Shown piece after piece: positions 14,901-26,649 of a stretch of 64,000 nucleotides of DNA (its first letter is position 1; every line of letters begins with the position of its first letter). The stretch spans positions 1,741,610-1,805,609 of the forward strand of contig NW_003314293.1 of the NCBI RefSeq assembly GCF_000143415.4, in the 5' to 3' direction. Below the pieces are notes generated by a model that made no database searches, had not been told where the DNA came from, and saw nothing but the letters and a program-made list of their open reading frames with translations. The stretch is from Selaginella moellendorffii (taxonomy: Eukaryota; Plantae; Lycopodiophyta). The position numbers and the translations under genes are program-made.

Positions 14901-16230
14901 ATCAAAATGACCATAAGAATTCCAGTGATTCTTAAGTATCTTTAGCAATATGATAAACAAGAAGGGATTTTATTTGTTTTTGATGATTTGGGATTTGGAT
15001 TTCAGATGGGCTATGATTAAACAAATTTTGTTTCATGGTAAATAGCTTGGAAAGTATGTTGATGTCAGAGATGTTGAATGATAGCACTAGTCTAGGGAGT
15101 GGAATCGAATGGTGCCACCAGAAGTTTGGAAAGTAGCTAAGAAGGTCCTTTGGTTTCTTTTGTAAGTTGAATCTGTGGATCATGTCATGGTGACAGTAGA
15201 AGTGGGTAATACTTCCTGAAAACTTCCTCTTGGAGGCAGCATTTGAGTTTTAAAGAGCTAGAAGCAAGGCTGGCCAAGTTCCTTGCGTTCCTAGTTGGAT
15301 CCTCCATCTTATTCTTGACAGCACCCAATGTAGTGGACTTTAGCAATTCTATGACCATAACAGTGGTTGACTTCAACACTTGATTCACGTAAGTTGTGTG
15401 TTTTGTACGTTCAATCTGCCTAGAAGACCATCAGAGGTGGATGTTTATCATGCCATGGATTTACGGATTGAAACATCTTTTGTGGCACCCCAGAGTATTG
15501 TTGCATGCTTGAATGATCACGATGTATGATCGGCCATCAAAGTAAGTATATGAAATGTTTGCACTCGTGGTCACACATTTGTTTTTGTTAGATGTTTAAA
15601 GAGGGAGATAATAAGGATTGGAGCAGCAGTCGACAAACGCCTCCTTCTCCCATATAAAAACCTGGAACTTTTTAAAAACTCCCAGGTAAATCAAACCATG
15701 AAGGATCTACAGCCCGAGAAAAAATCATGTATAAGGATTTAACCTTGGTCACTTGACACCAAGAGGATTTTATCCTGGGTATTTTAATAAGAAAAGGATT
15801 TTTTTAACCCATATTAATTAATTAAATATAAGTACATTTAATTTAGTGTTAAACATGCTAGTAGAATATACTATATACCACTTATCAGTGGAGTAGGTAG
15901 GTCATTTTCAGGAGCGAGAGCCGACTCAGTGAGACACTACGTGCTACTTAGGTTAACATGGTAGAATGCTGAAACTACCTCCAGGTAAAAAGAAGGGTCC
16001 CTTAGCTGCTGATCTTGCTTCTAGAAGGAAATCAACTTTAAGTTTTTGGAAGGTTGCCATGCAAATAATGATATTGAGGAATTGGATGATGATGCAGCAT
16101 CAGGGCATTTTAAGAAGCATTGGAAGCAAAGCTACCATTAGTTAAAATTTGATGCAACTGAAGGCACAATGTTTTGCAAGATTTGCAAGGCAAATCCATG
16201 GATTAAGAATATTTTTGGCAAACAGGGTAG

Positions 16231-17866
16231 TGTAAGCAATTAATTTTTTCCATTCTACTTTAGTCACTTAACCGCACCTCTAACCATTTGGAGGAGTCTC
16301 ATTCACAACCTCCATAAGCCCCTTTCAGGACTTGGGGCTTGCTAGCCCCGAGAATAACATCCATGCCACTCAACCTTTGCACTTGGTCCAAATGCTCCAT
16401 GTGTCCGGTCCCATGACCGACACCCCAAGGCACCACCAACATATCAGCCCGTTACGCTAAGCCATGCCCAATCACCTTAGTCACATCGGTGGTCCAACAC
16501 CACCTACATTGCAATCCCGTCTCTCCAAAACTGGGCCATCTGTCCATGAGTGGTCATCCTAGATCCACTCCTTAGCATCCTTAGGATGCCCATAGACATG
16601 GGGAATAGCCTTCCTCAATATCTCCTTTCTGATCCCCACCAAGTCCCTCTCTGTCCTTGGCCGTGTTCGCCAACATTGCCACTAGATCAAGGCCCACAAG
16701 CCCGACTACTAAGTCCCACGGTCCTCTAGGACTTCTTCACCACACGATTGTATCCTTGGTCACTACACCAGAGGATTACTCCTCTTCCTTTCCACAGTCT
16801 GGGCTTTTAGGACAACATTTCAGAACACCATAACCTTATGCAAGCCTCATGGGTACTCTCCCCGCCTTCCGCCTTTAGGTGCTCTAGCCATGGGCTTCGA
16901 GCAAGGTTCCGTTGAGCCACACTTGGTATCCAAGTAGGTAGTGCCACCCATACTTGGATTGGGAGCATCGGCCAGTCGATCTCCTAGGGGAACTAGAGCC
17001 GGCTCTTGAACACTTCACCAACCTACCCCACTTGTCGGTCTGTGTTCACTCTAGTCTTGGACTTCCCAATGGGCAACTCATCACCCAACATTGGGTACAG
17101 CCTTCCTGGGCCAAACTAGCCTTTCCTGGCCAAATTGGCTCCACTGCAATCCTCCCCCTTATTATACTTTTGGAGCTCACCAAACCCCTTAGGGTCTGGG
17201 AGACGAATGCTTTGGACTTTCACCTTCTCAGACTCAAACTCGGACTCGGACTCAGACTCGGGCTCGGACTCGGCCTCGGTCTCAGCCTCGGCCTCGGTCT
17301 CGGTCTAGGTCTCGGTCTGGGTCTCGGTCTAGGTCTCGGTCTCGGTCCCGGTCTCGGTCTCGACCTTGGACTCCATCTCGGGTCCTTCTTGGACTCCATC
17401 TTGGATTCCATCTCGGGTCCATCTCGGACTCCATCTTGGACTTTGTCTCGGTCCATCTCGGACTCCATCTCAGGTCCATCTCGGGTCCATCTCGGACTCC
17501 ATCTCGAACTTCATCTCAGACTTCATCTCGGACTTTGTCTCAGTCCACCTCGAACTCCATCTCGGACTCCATTTCGGACTCCGTCTCGGTCCATCTCGGA
17601 CTCCATTTCGGACTCTATCTCGGTCCATCTCGGACTCCTCAATGTGTCATGTGTTGGTCCTTTTGGGTCCCTTTTTAGAGCATCGCTTATTGCTCGCTTC
17701 GTGCTCATTCCTCGAGCACTTTGTTAGGAGTTCCACTCCCGCTCTCGACTTTTCAAGGCGGAGCTTTTAGTCCAAACGTGTTACGTTCGTTCGACTTTCG
17801 CTTCAGCCACTACCACGTGGCACCCTTCCAGCTCCACTTTGGGGCGTAGGGATTTTGTGTCTCACA
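16231..17866 (-). mobile_element. Solo LTR (1636 bp) related to the chromovirus LTR at 51332-52479
   Basis: TGTAAG..CTCACA termini. 5-bp TSD GGTAG (16226-16230 / 17867-17871). Removal rejoins the transposase Zn-finger frame (KQG|SSNFQKSAL). Shares the TATACTTTTGG..CTGGGAGACG block and the hexamer array with 52030-52390. Confidence 0.9.
17230..17638. repeat. Degenerate CpG-rich hexamer array (CTCGGA/CTCGGT/CTCCAT) inside the LTR
   Basis: Visible tandem hexamers; they generate spurious LGLGLG / RPRPRP ORFs. Confidence 0.92.
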
Positions 17867-20136
17867 GGTAGTAGTAATTTTCAAAAGAGTGCCTTACGCA
17901 GTCATGTTAGCTTTGAAGATCACAAGGAGTTTATATTTGCTAAGGAGGTGCATTGTGGGAAGTAGCAATTGATTTCAGAAGCTACAATTAAACATCTACA
18001 CCATGTTGAATAAGGAGTGTTTGTATTATTTCATATTGCAAAAGGTTTTGCTCTATTCACTTGTTTTCTAGGGCTGATTGAACTACATCGATTTAATGGG
18101 ATGAACATTCAAAGATATTACGACAGTGACAAAGGTTGTTCACGACTGATAACTTTTATTAACGAGGTATGTTTAAGAGACCATGTTAATTTGATTCTAA
18201 CATGGTTCATGTTTCACTTCAGGTTATGGCTAAAAATATCTTACAAAAAGTCAGAGGAAGATCCTTATTTTGGATTAATGGTGGATGAATCGACTGATAT
18301 AAGGTATTCCTTAATTTGGATTTATTAGTTTTCTTGCGATTCAATTTATTTTCAGCATTCTAAAGCATTTGATCTTTTATGTGACTTACATTGAATGTGG
18401 TTGTGTGAAGACTCATACAAGTTGTGGTTGCATGAAGACTCATTCATGTGGTTGTATGAAGACTTAGATATGCAACGGTTTATGGGTTTTGGTTCAAATA
18501 GATGTAATGTCATGGCTGGTAGCAAGACAAGGGTAGCAACCAGGCTAAAGGAAATTAATCCCTTCTTAAGCAGTGTTCACTATATGGCACATCAAGCCAA
18601 TTTATATGTCGAAGATGCTTATGGGGATGGAGAATGTGCTACACAATGCATGGAGATTGATAAACTAGTGAACAAGATAGCAACTTCAGCAAAAGCTCAA
18701 AAAGGTTGGCTCAACTGATAGAAATTGAGATGGAACATGATTATACCAAGCTTAAGCTGCAGCGCATACAGGATATGAGGTGGCTAAGTCGTGGAGGGGC
18801 TTTGTTTAAGCTTTACGAATGTTTGGAGCCAGTAGCTGAACTTTTCAAACGAAGTAGCAAGCTGCAGCTTTACAACAAGTTGAGAACTCTCAAGAACATG
18901 TACGTCTTGCATTTTCTAGCTGATATTTTACAGGTGATAAGTAGTCTCAATCAAAAATTCCAAGAGAAGCTAATCGACATCACCATGGTTGGACCCTTGT
19001 GCCAAGAGACTATTGTGAAGCTAAACCAATATTACATCAATGATGAGATTGATTTGAATGGTAATCCCATGGATAGCAGATCATATATCCATGCATCCCT
19101 GATAGTGGTAGTAAGGATGGCTTTTTCCATGCTTTGAGAGCTTCAATTAAAAGAGATATTTACAGAATTATGCAATTAATCTAGTCAGAAGATGGAAGTG
19201 ATCTTCAAGAAGCTATGTAGTTCCATATCTCCTTTACTTCTACTCTCATTTCAACTATTAGACAACGACTGCAAGACATAGGGATACTCTCCAAGATGTA
19301 GGTCCTAGCTCCAGTTAATTTGCCAATCCTTGTCAAGGAAAATAACTGGTTTGGGATTATAGAGGCAAGGGAGCTTGTAAAATTTTATGGAAGGCATTTA
19401 GAGGTGGATGGAGTTTTTGTTAAAGGCATTATGGACCCTTTAGCCTTCATGGAAGAATATTCAACTTAGAAGCTACTTGCCTCAGAAAAATGGAAAGGAC
19501 AAAATTTTATTGATATGTGGAGCATCATACATAGTCCAAAGAGCTTTCCAAACTTGCTTTGAGTTGGTGAAATTGGGATGGTGCAATGTGTTAGCACTGC
19601 AAATTGCGAGCAAGCTTTCAGTAGAATAAACTTGATTAAAAACAAGTAAAACAATTGATACTCTTATAAGGATTTCAGTTGAAGGTTCTGAAATTCAGAA
19701 GTTTAACTTTGATGAAGTTGTGGACCAATCTACAAATTTTCTCACAATTATAAGCTTGTTTAACCTTATGTTTTTATTAATAAAAGGATTTTTACCTGAG
19801 AAAATTTTGATTATATCCTGGGAATTTTCAAAAATCTTTGGAGGTTGAACTCGAGGAGGATTTTTGCTTTGGAAGGTGAAAGGGTTTGTTAAACGCTGAA
19901 TTGGAGAAATTTATAAGAAGCTTGGTTTCAATGAGACGGTGGAGTTACCAGAGAAACACAAGCCAGTGAGGAGGTTAATTCTGTGATTGCCCAGGACAGA
20001 TAACAGGGAATAACTTCTTCAGAAAGAAGAAACTAAGAGAATACGATTATAAACGCGAGCTTATTTTTTTTGTTTAGATCAGGGGCGCTGAATGAGATTT
20101 TTAATCGGCTGTGCTTCCCTTTTGCTTGCCCTTGTG

Positions 20137-20760
20137 ATGAAGAAACGGAGAAAAGAAGCACCTGTGTCGCTGAAAGACGACATTTTGGAGACGGTTCTCA
20201 CACTAGTGACTGCATGCTCTGCTGTTTGCATGTCATGGAACGCCATCATCGGCGATCCATCCTTTTGCAGTGCCCACAAGGAATCTTTGCGTCTTATGAC
20301 TAGCTCCTTCCCCCACGGCGAGCATTGCCATGCCTGGGATCCATCACAGCGTGGAGTCTCTGTTGCCCCACAAAACGGAAGAATATCCTCGCGCTCAAGT
20401 CGTTACTGGCCTGGTATGCATCTCAGGACGCACAAGGGCATGGTTGATCCCTCTGATGATGTGTTTCACCTGGTGGTGGGGAATCCACTGACCCAAGAGT
20501 TACAGAATCAACTTTGCCATGGTCGTCGACAAGAATGGCTTCAAAGTCGGTCTGCACTACACCGCTGTCGACTTCTCAGGCCACTGGTGCTGCATCTACG
20601 ACTCGGCAATGCGCTCGTGGTCTTCTCTCCCCAAGCTCCCGTTCTCGCCAGCCTACGTCAAGGTGAAGGCGTGGACGTGGCACCCCTTGCTGTGGGATTT
20701 TACAACTTCGGCCACGCCAGGTGGAGCACCGGGGAAGTTGTGCGCAGCCTGAGGATTACA
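20137..20760 (+). pseudogene. F-box protein pseudogene
   Basis: LKDDILETVLTLV..CSAVCMSWNAII F-box-like motif. Downstream VVGNPLT and IYDSAMRSWSSLP segments lie in different frames. Confidence 0.65.
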
Positions 20761-22642
20761 ACGGGCCTGGAAGACAAGGTTGACCCAGCTGGAAAGAAAC
20801 AGCTAAGAAACTCTGGAAAGACGTCTCAACCAAAAAATGGTTGACAAACAATGTTGTGAGACAGATTTCAAGACCATACTCCAAGGCAAAGATGAGTAGG
20901 AAACAAATTTGCGTTTCCATCGATCTCTTGGGTCACTTGCATCTCAGCGCATTGCCTGTCCCGGTAGTACACAATGCAAGGATCTCGCTCGTGCACAACA
21001 ATCCCCAAAGCAACCTTTGCCCCACCTTGCTGGCTAACCAGCACCTCCATATCATTGAAAACACAAAACGATGGAAAAGTCCCGAAACATCTAGACATGA
21101 GTAATGGCCTGTCTGGACTGAATAAGGCAGCCAACTGACCCACCCCTACTTTGTACCTCCCTAAGCTATGAATGGACCAAGCAACTTGGCCGTAATTAAA
21201 ACAAGTATCAAAGATACACATAAGCAAGAGCCATATGAGGCAGGCTGAAACAACAATGCAATTGAAGAATGCATAGCAATTTGATCAACACTGAATGAAT
21301 AATGAGAAGGAAAGGAAAGAAACTTATCTCTTATGAGAATCATAGTGTGGACATTCCTGTAATCTGACATCCCCACATGAATCACATTTCTCAAGATAGT
21401 TGCAAAATGCTGTGCTCCCAACACAATGTCGGACCTCTTCATTGCAAAAGTGCAAAACACTTCATGCATATGTGTTAAAGGTTGGACGAAAAAAGAAATA
21501 TCAAATACCAAATGTAGGAATTGAAACAAGAAGGAACCTGCTTAGAGAAAATACCTCTTGAGATGATTACCCTGATTGGATTCAACAATTTTGAACCTGT
21601 AAGCTCTGCAAGCCAGTAGGAGTTTGTCCCTGCGCTCCCAAAGACTTGATACAGGGAGGTTGAAACTTCACTCTATGGTGTGAAGCATGCCAAACAACAT
21701 CATATGGGAGGAAGCTTTCACCACATTGCTTCACATGCATCAGAGCAGTGTGACATTAATGAATCTGAACACAAACAGCTGCAATATCTAAATCCTCATC
21801 CAGCTGATCTGTGCAATTGGTGTGAAGATCCTGTGATATCCCAACAATTGTAGTGGGATCCACTTCCTAAAAGGAGATATGGTAGGAAGGTAAACAAAGT
21901 TGCATGGGGAGAATTGCTTCCACCAATTGGAATGGAGGGAGTTTCTCTATTGTCTGGGTTTTTAAAGGTGATCCATTACAGTCCAACAAGCAGCAAGAAT
22001 TTAAATATGACCTCTATGCTACTAGTATTGAAAGTTTTCCTTCGCTAATCTTCACAATGCTTGTCCTACTACAAGAACAGCAAACTAATAGGGGAAAAAA
22101 TCCAAGGATAAAGAAGTGTTATGAAGAATCAGAAAACATTCTTCTGCCATTGCCACATGTTGATCTGATGTTTTTGTGCATGCTTGCTACATTAGAAGCT
22201 TCGGAATCCTTAAATGGCGCTTGCAGTGATTCCCATTACGCAAGATCCAGATGCCAAGCAAAACACAAGATGTAGAAAATAATTTCCAGCCACTTAGCAG
22301 CATAGACTTCACTGCTTTGGCAGTCGCAGAAGTGTTACAATCCACAACTTATGCCAGTGCCAGAGGCTGCGAGCAATGCAAAATGCTGAAACAGCACAGC
22401 AACAATAGTCTACAAGTGTCAGAGTCAAAAGATTTATTGTGACTTTTTACCAAAATGTAACTCCTCTTTTTTTCTTCTTACTCTTTTGGTTGGGCTTAAA
22501 CTTTACATGGCTTTTCATGTTGTGCAGGGCCATGTGGACTCAGAGGAAAGCTGATACTAGATGGGACGAAAATCTTAATGATGGAAAGAGTAAATTGAAA
22601 TTACTACATTTTGACAGACCCCATAAGATTAGGGTGTGGGTC

Positions 22643-23054
22643 ATGGAAAAACAAGAGAGCATCTGGGATGACGGCGAGGAGCGCTTGCGGGATCTTTGCG
22701 GGCCTGACTATGAGCGCCTTCAGCGGCAAGGCTATTCGGCCTCCAGGTTGTGGACGGCCGATTTTCGTGAGCTTTTCCCCTTGTTTCCAGGAAATCTTAA
22801 TCTCGCATGGCAAATATATGTGCAGTTCAACTGTAAGTTCTTTCGCTGTTTCTTTAGGCTACTGTTCTTTTTGCATTTACTGTGCAGTAGTGGCTAGCGG
22901 CGGCAAGATCATGGACCTAGTGGCAAAGAAAGAAACACGAGACCCCAAGCTGCTACAGTGGATAAAGGAGAGGTTGGAGTATGTTTCGTGCAGTGGCTGC
23001 GTCAATGTGAAAGGCTCCTCATGGAGAAGCCGATAGGTGAAAGTTCTGTGTTCT
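22643..23054 (+). pseudogene. 5' fragment (exons 1-2, header domain only) of the CR-like gene
   Basis: Homologous to 28171-28575. Breaks inside intron 2 and joins spacer sequence homologous to 31323 onward. Confidence 0.85.
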
Positions 23055-23699
23055 GAAACTACAAAAGATTAAGCACAAGATTTTGTGTTTAGATGTATAT
23101 GACTACCTGTAAATTTTATGATTTTTACCTTTGTGTCATAAGTATATTGTAAATAACCAAAAGGAACAATTCAATAAACAATTTATAAAAAAGGCTTATG
23201 AATAGGAGTGCACTTTTTTTTTCAATTGGTTAAAAGTTTTGGGATACTTAAGGTTAAGTTTTCTTTAATTTGAATAGTATTGGGTAACCTCATGAGAAGT
23301 CCAAATTCAAGAGTTTATATTTGGCATAAAAAAAATCTTATATCCAATTCTTTTGGTTGGCTATGGGAATCACACCACATGTTGAGATTGAAATTAATTT
23401 TCATCTAGGCTCGACCTAAGGGGGTGTCAAGTAGAGAGAATTGTAATTCTTAACTTTTATTCACAGGGCATGAGCTTATAGAGAAGCATGATAAATTATA
23501 AACAACCAAAATAAATGATTTAAAAGATAATTTATAGGGGTTTAAATATAAAGGGATATGACTTATAAAGAAGAGTGCACCCCTTTTTTCAATCAGTTAC
23601 TTAGTATTGAGCTAAGTAACTTGTAATGAGTTACTAAAGGTATAATGTTTCATTAAAAATTTGAACTCAATAGAGGTGAGCAGTTCAAAAAGCATTTGA

Positions 23700-24180
23700 G
23701 GCTAGAAGAATGGAGATGGTAATAAGGTCAAGAAGTTTTGTTTGGACCATAAAGCAAAGGGCAATTGTTTTCATTATTACAAAGTTAAACATTAATGCAA
23801 GGATTTTCTTTTTGTGAAGAGTTTAGAGAATGCTAAAATAAATATGGTGGAATCCATTGTATATAAACATTCACATTATGTGGTTAAAGTTCAAGAACCA
23901 AAGTCTCAAGTTCATAGCAACTCTATAAAACTTAATGATTCTATGTGCAATCAACTTGTGAAGGCCAAGGAAAACATTCAAGGTAGTGATGTTAGAATTG
24001 TTTTTAATCCAGATATTACATACAACTTTTTAAGCTCTAATGTGGTAAAGAAAAACTTGGTTTATCTATGAAAAAGATCTATGAGGTGGTTATAGTTGTT
24101 AGATATAACACTTATATTTATAGTAAATTAGCTTTGAGTGTTCTTTGACAATTTAAAGGATCTTAATTATCCTTTATTCT
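23700..24180 (+). mobile_element. Very old gypsy gag-knuckle/protease relic in the AT-rich spacer (copy at ~32000-32470)
   Basis: KAKGNCFHYYKVKH*CKD resembles a decayed CCHC knuckle; VFNPDITYNFLS resembles a decayed protease DSGATHNFIS. Confidence 0.4.
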
Positions 24181-24632
24181 AGTTCTAAATGTATTGTAGA
24201 GATAATGGTTGAAAGCATAGCCAACCACTTAAGATATTAAATTAACTCTTATATAGCTCTTTGTTTGGTGTCAAGTTTGGATTTAAGCCCAAGCTTTATA
24301 TTATTCTAGCTAATGAGGTATTGATATGCTTAAATTTTGCTAAACTCCATGTAATATTGTTTTATATATAAATTGTATATAAGGAGCTAGTGATCAGAGA
24401 AGATTTTGAGTATGTACCAAACCTTTATTTTATAATGCAACGAACTCAAAGTTATAAGCAGGTAAAAAGTAGCAGACATTACTTTTGTTTTTTGAAAAAC
24501 TTCTTGGCACACAGGCTAGAGGAGAAGGAGAACGCTCAAAAGGATGAGAAGTATTCATATGCTGTATGTGGTGGTAGTCGCCTTGCTCTCGTCACACTAC
24601 GCTTGGTCACCAGCAGTTTGCCATAGCTAGCT

Positions 24633-25935
24633 ATGGAAGGCCAAGAACAAGCTCCGGCTACCGAATTCTGGATGCTCCAAATGGCTATCAGCTCAATGCG
24701 CTACTTGGGCTGCCTCGCCTCCACCAGGTCCTTCAAACGACAACGAAGACACTATTGCTTGATGCTGCGCAGCGGAGATGTTAGCTTTACTGGGTGGAAG
24801 TGAGGCGGAAAAATCAGTGACAGAATCTCGAGCTCAGGAGCTTCTGTCGTCCATTCGCTTTCTAGTTCCACCAACTCTGAGAAGCTCGTCATACCGGTCC
24901 ACGGGAGTTTCTCGAGTGGAAAAGCCAGATTCCAAGGAGCGAATGTGGAGGTTGATAAGGGAACCTCCGGCTTCTGTTGCGAACTTAGCCAGGAAGTCCG
25001 TGGAATGGGCTGGGGAGCCTGACGCTATACTAGCGGAGCTGGATTCGGCACTTCACAAAGAAGTTGGTATTTTCCCTTCGAAACTTCAGCTGAAATTTTC
25101 GCCAGGTCCCCGATGTTGAGAATTCGAACGCTAGCAAGTGCGTGCTTACCAAGCACGATTGTTCCAAGCGTTTTGTTGATCAGGTTCGTTGAAGATACAG
25201 CGCACTCTTAACTATGTGTGGCTTGCAGGAAATCAACTCGTACATGGCACTCTTATTTGAAGCAATTGTTGCTCTAGCTCCCTTGGCAGGTTTTAACGTT
25301 TCTGTAAACCACTACGATCTTTTCCATGGCCACATGTTTACTGCTTACGGCACTGGAAGGCTCGGTATTCTGTAAGCTTGCCTGCTCAAACGCTAGTCAC
25401 CATAACTGAATGTTTGTAACTTTGCAGGTTTCATTGTCGAGAGTACCCCGAGTATGACAAGAACAGCTTTGCCTTGAACCTCGGCTATTGCCAAACGGGT
25501 AAGCGAATGCCTCAATGCAGCGCCTTACAGCATTTGACAGGATCATTCATTCCTTACGACAGCAGCATGAACTTAAGAAACATTATCTGGCTTGCGCCAA
25601 TGCCGTCGTGTACCAGCCACAATTGCTCGACTAAATGGCTCGCACCAGGTAACTCTTGGACTGCAAATATACTAACATCGATCAAAATTTGCTTGAACTC
25701 GTTGCAGGTGCGCTCTTCATCTTGGATGCCAAGCCTGGTGGCGTTGTGTTTAAGGAGCTCGTTTCGGAATGGGTTGATGTGGTCAGAACCATCTACGAGA
25801 GTAAGTGTGTTTGCGTTCCTAGCTGATAGATTCACCGCACTGTGTCTCTTTATTTTTGTTTCAGGCGATTTTGGGAGAACTGTGATTGATGTTAATTATT
25901 TCAACGTGGATGGTTGTCAAATCTTCCTCACATAG
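24633..25935 (+). pseudogene. Multi-exon conserved plant unknown-function gene, copy 1 (pseudogene)
   Basis: Spliced model gives ..FHCREYPEYDKNSFALNLGYCQT-GSFIPYDSSMNLRNIIWLAPMP..WLAP-GALFILDAKPGGVVFKELV..RTIYE-SDFGRTVIDVNYFNV..FLT*, with 42-60 nt GT-AG introns (e.g. 25499-25540). Frameshift near 24759 and a lost donor near 25056 relative to copy 2. Confidence 0.75.
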
Positions 25936-26472
25936 TTGTATTGCCATGAGCATTGATGCCGATTTGGAAGAGCATTTGTTTGCTTTCATGTTGATGATGC
26001 AGCATTGTGAAGGTACCATGAGTGAAAAACCACAGCAAAAGTGAAGATTTTTCCCATGAAGTTAGTGGGTATTTGGTCTAGTGCAAGACCGGTCTGCTAA
26101 AACAGGAGCTTCTTGCGGTTCCAAGCGTCTTGTTGTTGGCTATGACCCCTCCATACCAGGCAAACACCGAGTACTAAGCAGGAATCTCTCTGCGTCTTCC
26201 AGCTTTCGCTATACATTAGTAGCGCATTTCTCACGGTGGAGCGCGAGTCAGCTCCCACCTCAAATGTACAACCTCCACACTCGAACAAGCTGCTTACGGG
26301 CAGAGCCCTGGACCGTTGGACACGCACCCCGATCAACCTGGCCGCAGTGCCTTACGACTGCCGCCCACACCAAATGAATGCTAACGCGAGAAAGAGAAAA
26401 ATTATTGCTCCGTTCTTTACGCAAGGGTTCAATCTTTCTCCATTGTCAACTCCTTTAGGCCCTCTTTTGACA

Positions 26473-26649
26473 ATGCAGGCAGGTCTTGGTGATGAAGATG
26501 ACAATCTGGAGACAGTTCTCAGTTTTGTGGACTTGGCCACACTTTGTGGGTGCTCTGTTGTTCAGAAGTCATGGAAGTCCATCATCAGCAATCCAACATT
26601 TCGCCTCCGCTGGTGTCAAAACAGTGGTGAGAAGGAAACCTTTGACTAG
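26473..26649 (+). pseudogene. F-box domain fragment, unit 1
   Basis: DEDDNLETVLSFVDLATLCGCSVVQKSWKSIISNPTF followed by a stop. Confidence 0.7.

Larger units (their letters stand above)
15624..19898 (+). mobile_element. hAT-superfamily DNA transposon (decayed ZNF862-like transposase), interrupted by a solo LTR
   Basis: Imperfect TIRs: CAGCAGTCGACAAAC at the left end; reverse complement of the right end CAGCGTTTAACAAAC. 8-bp TSD GATTGGAG (15616-15623) / AATTGGAG (19899-19906). Transposase motifs MFCKIC, FGLMVDESTD, VHYMAHQANL, RWLSRG and STANCEQAFS, with short introns at ~18167-18222 and ~18304-18355. Confidence 0.9.

Noticed and set aside
12000-15600. Short ORFs in AT-rich DNA (13297, 14274, 14932, 15185)
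   Set aside because: No recognisable motifs or consistent exon chain.
15743-15769. Short similarity between the hAT subterminal region and the solo LTR (~16754-16777)
   Set aside because: About 25 bp with gaps; cannot be distinguished from chance.
16954-17770. ORFs with LGLGLG / RPRPRP / RDRDRD runs (also 52114-52428)
   Set aside because: Translations of the hexamer arrays inside LTRs; open in several frames on both strands.
20841-21900. Minus-strand ORFs 20868-21529 and the repeated block at 21615-21900
   Set aside because: Could be decayed gene sequence, but I cannot assign a family or a consistent frame.
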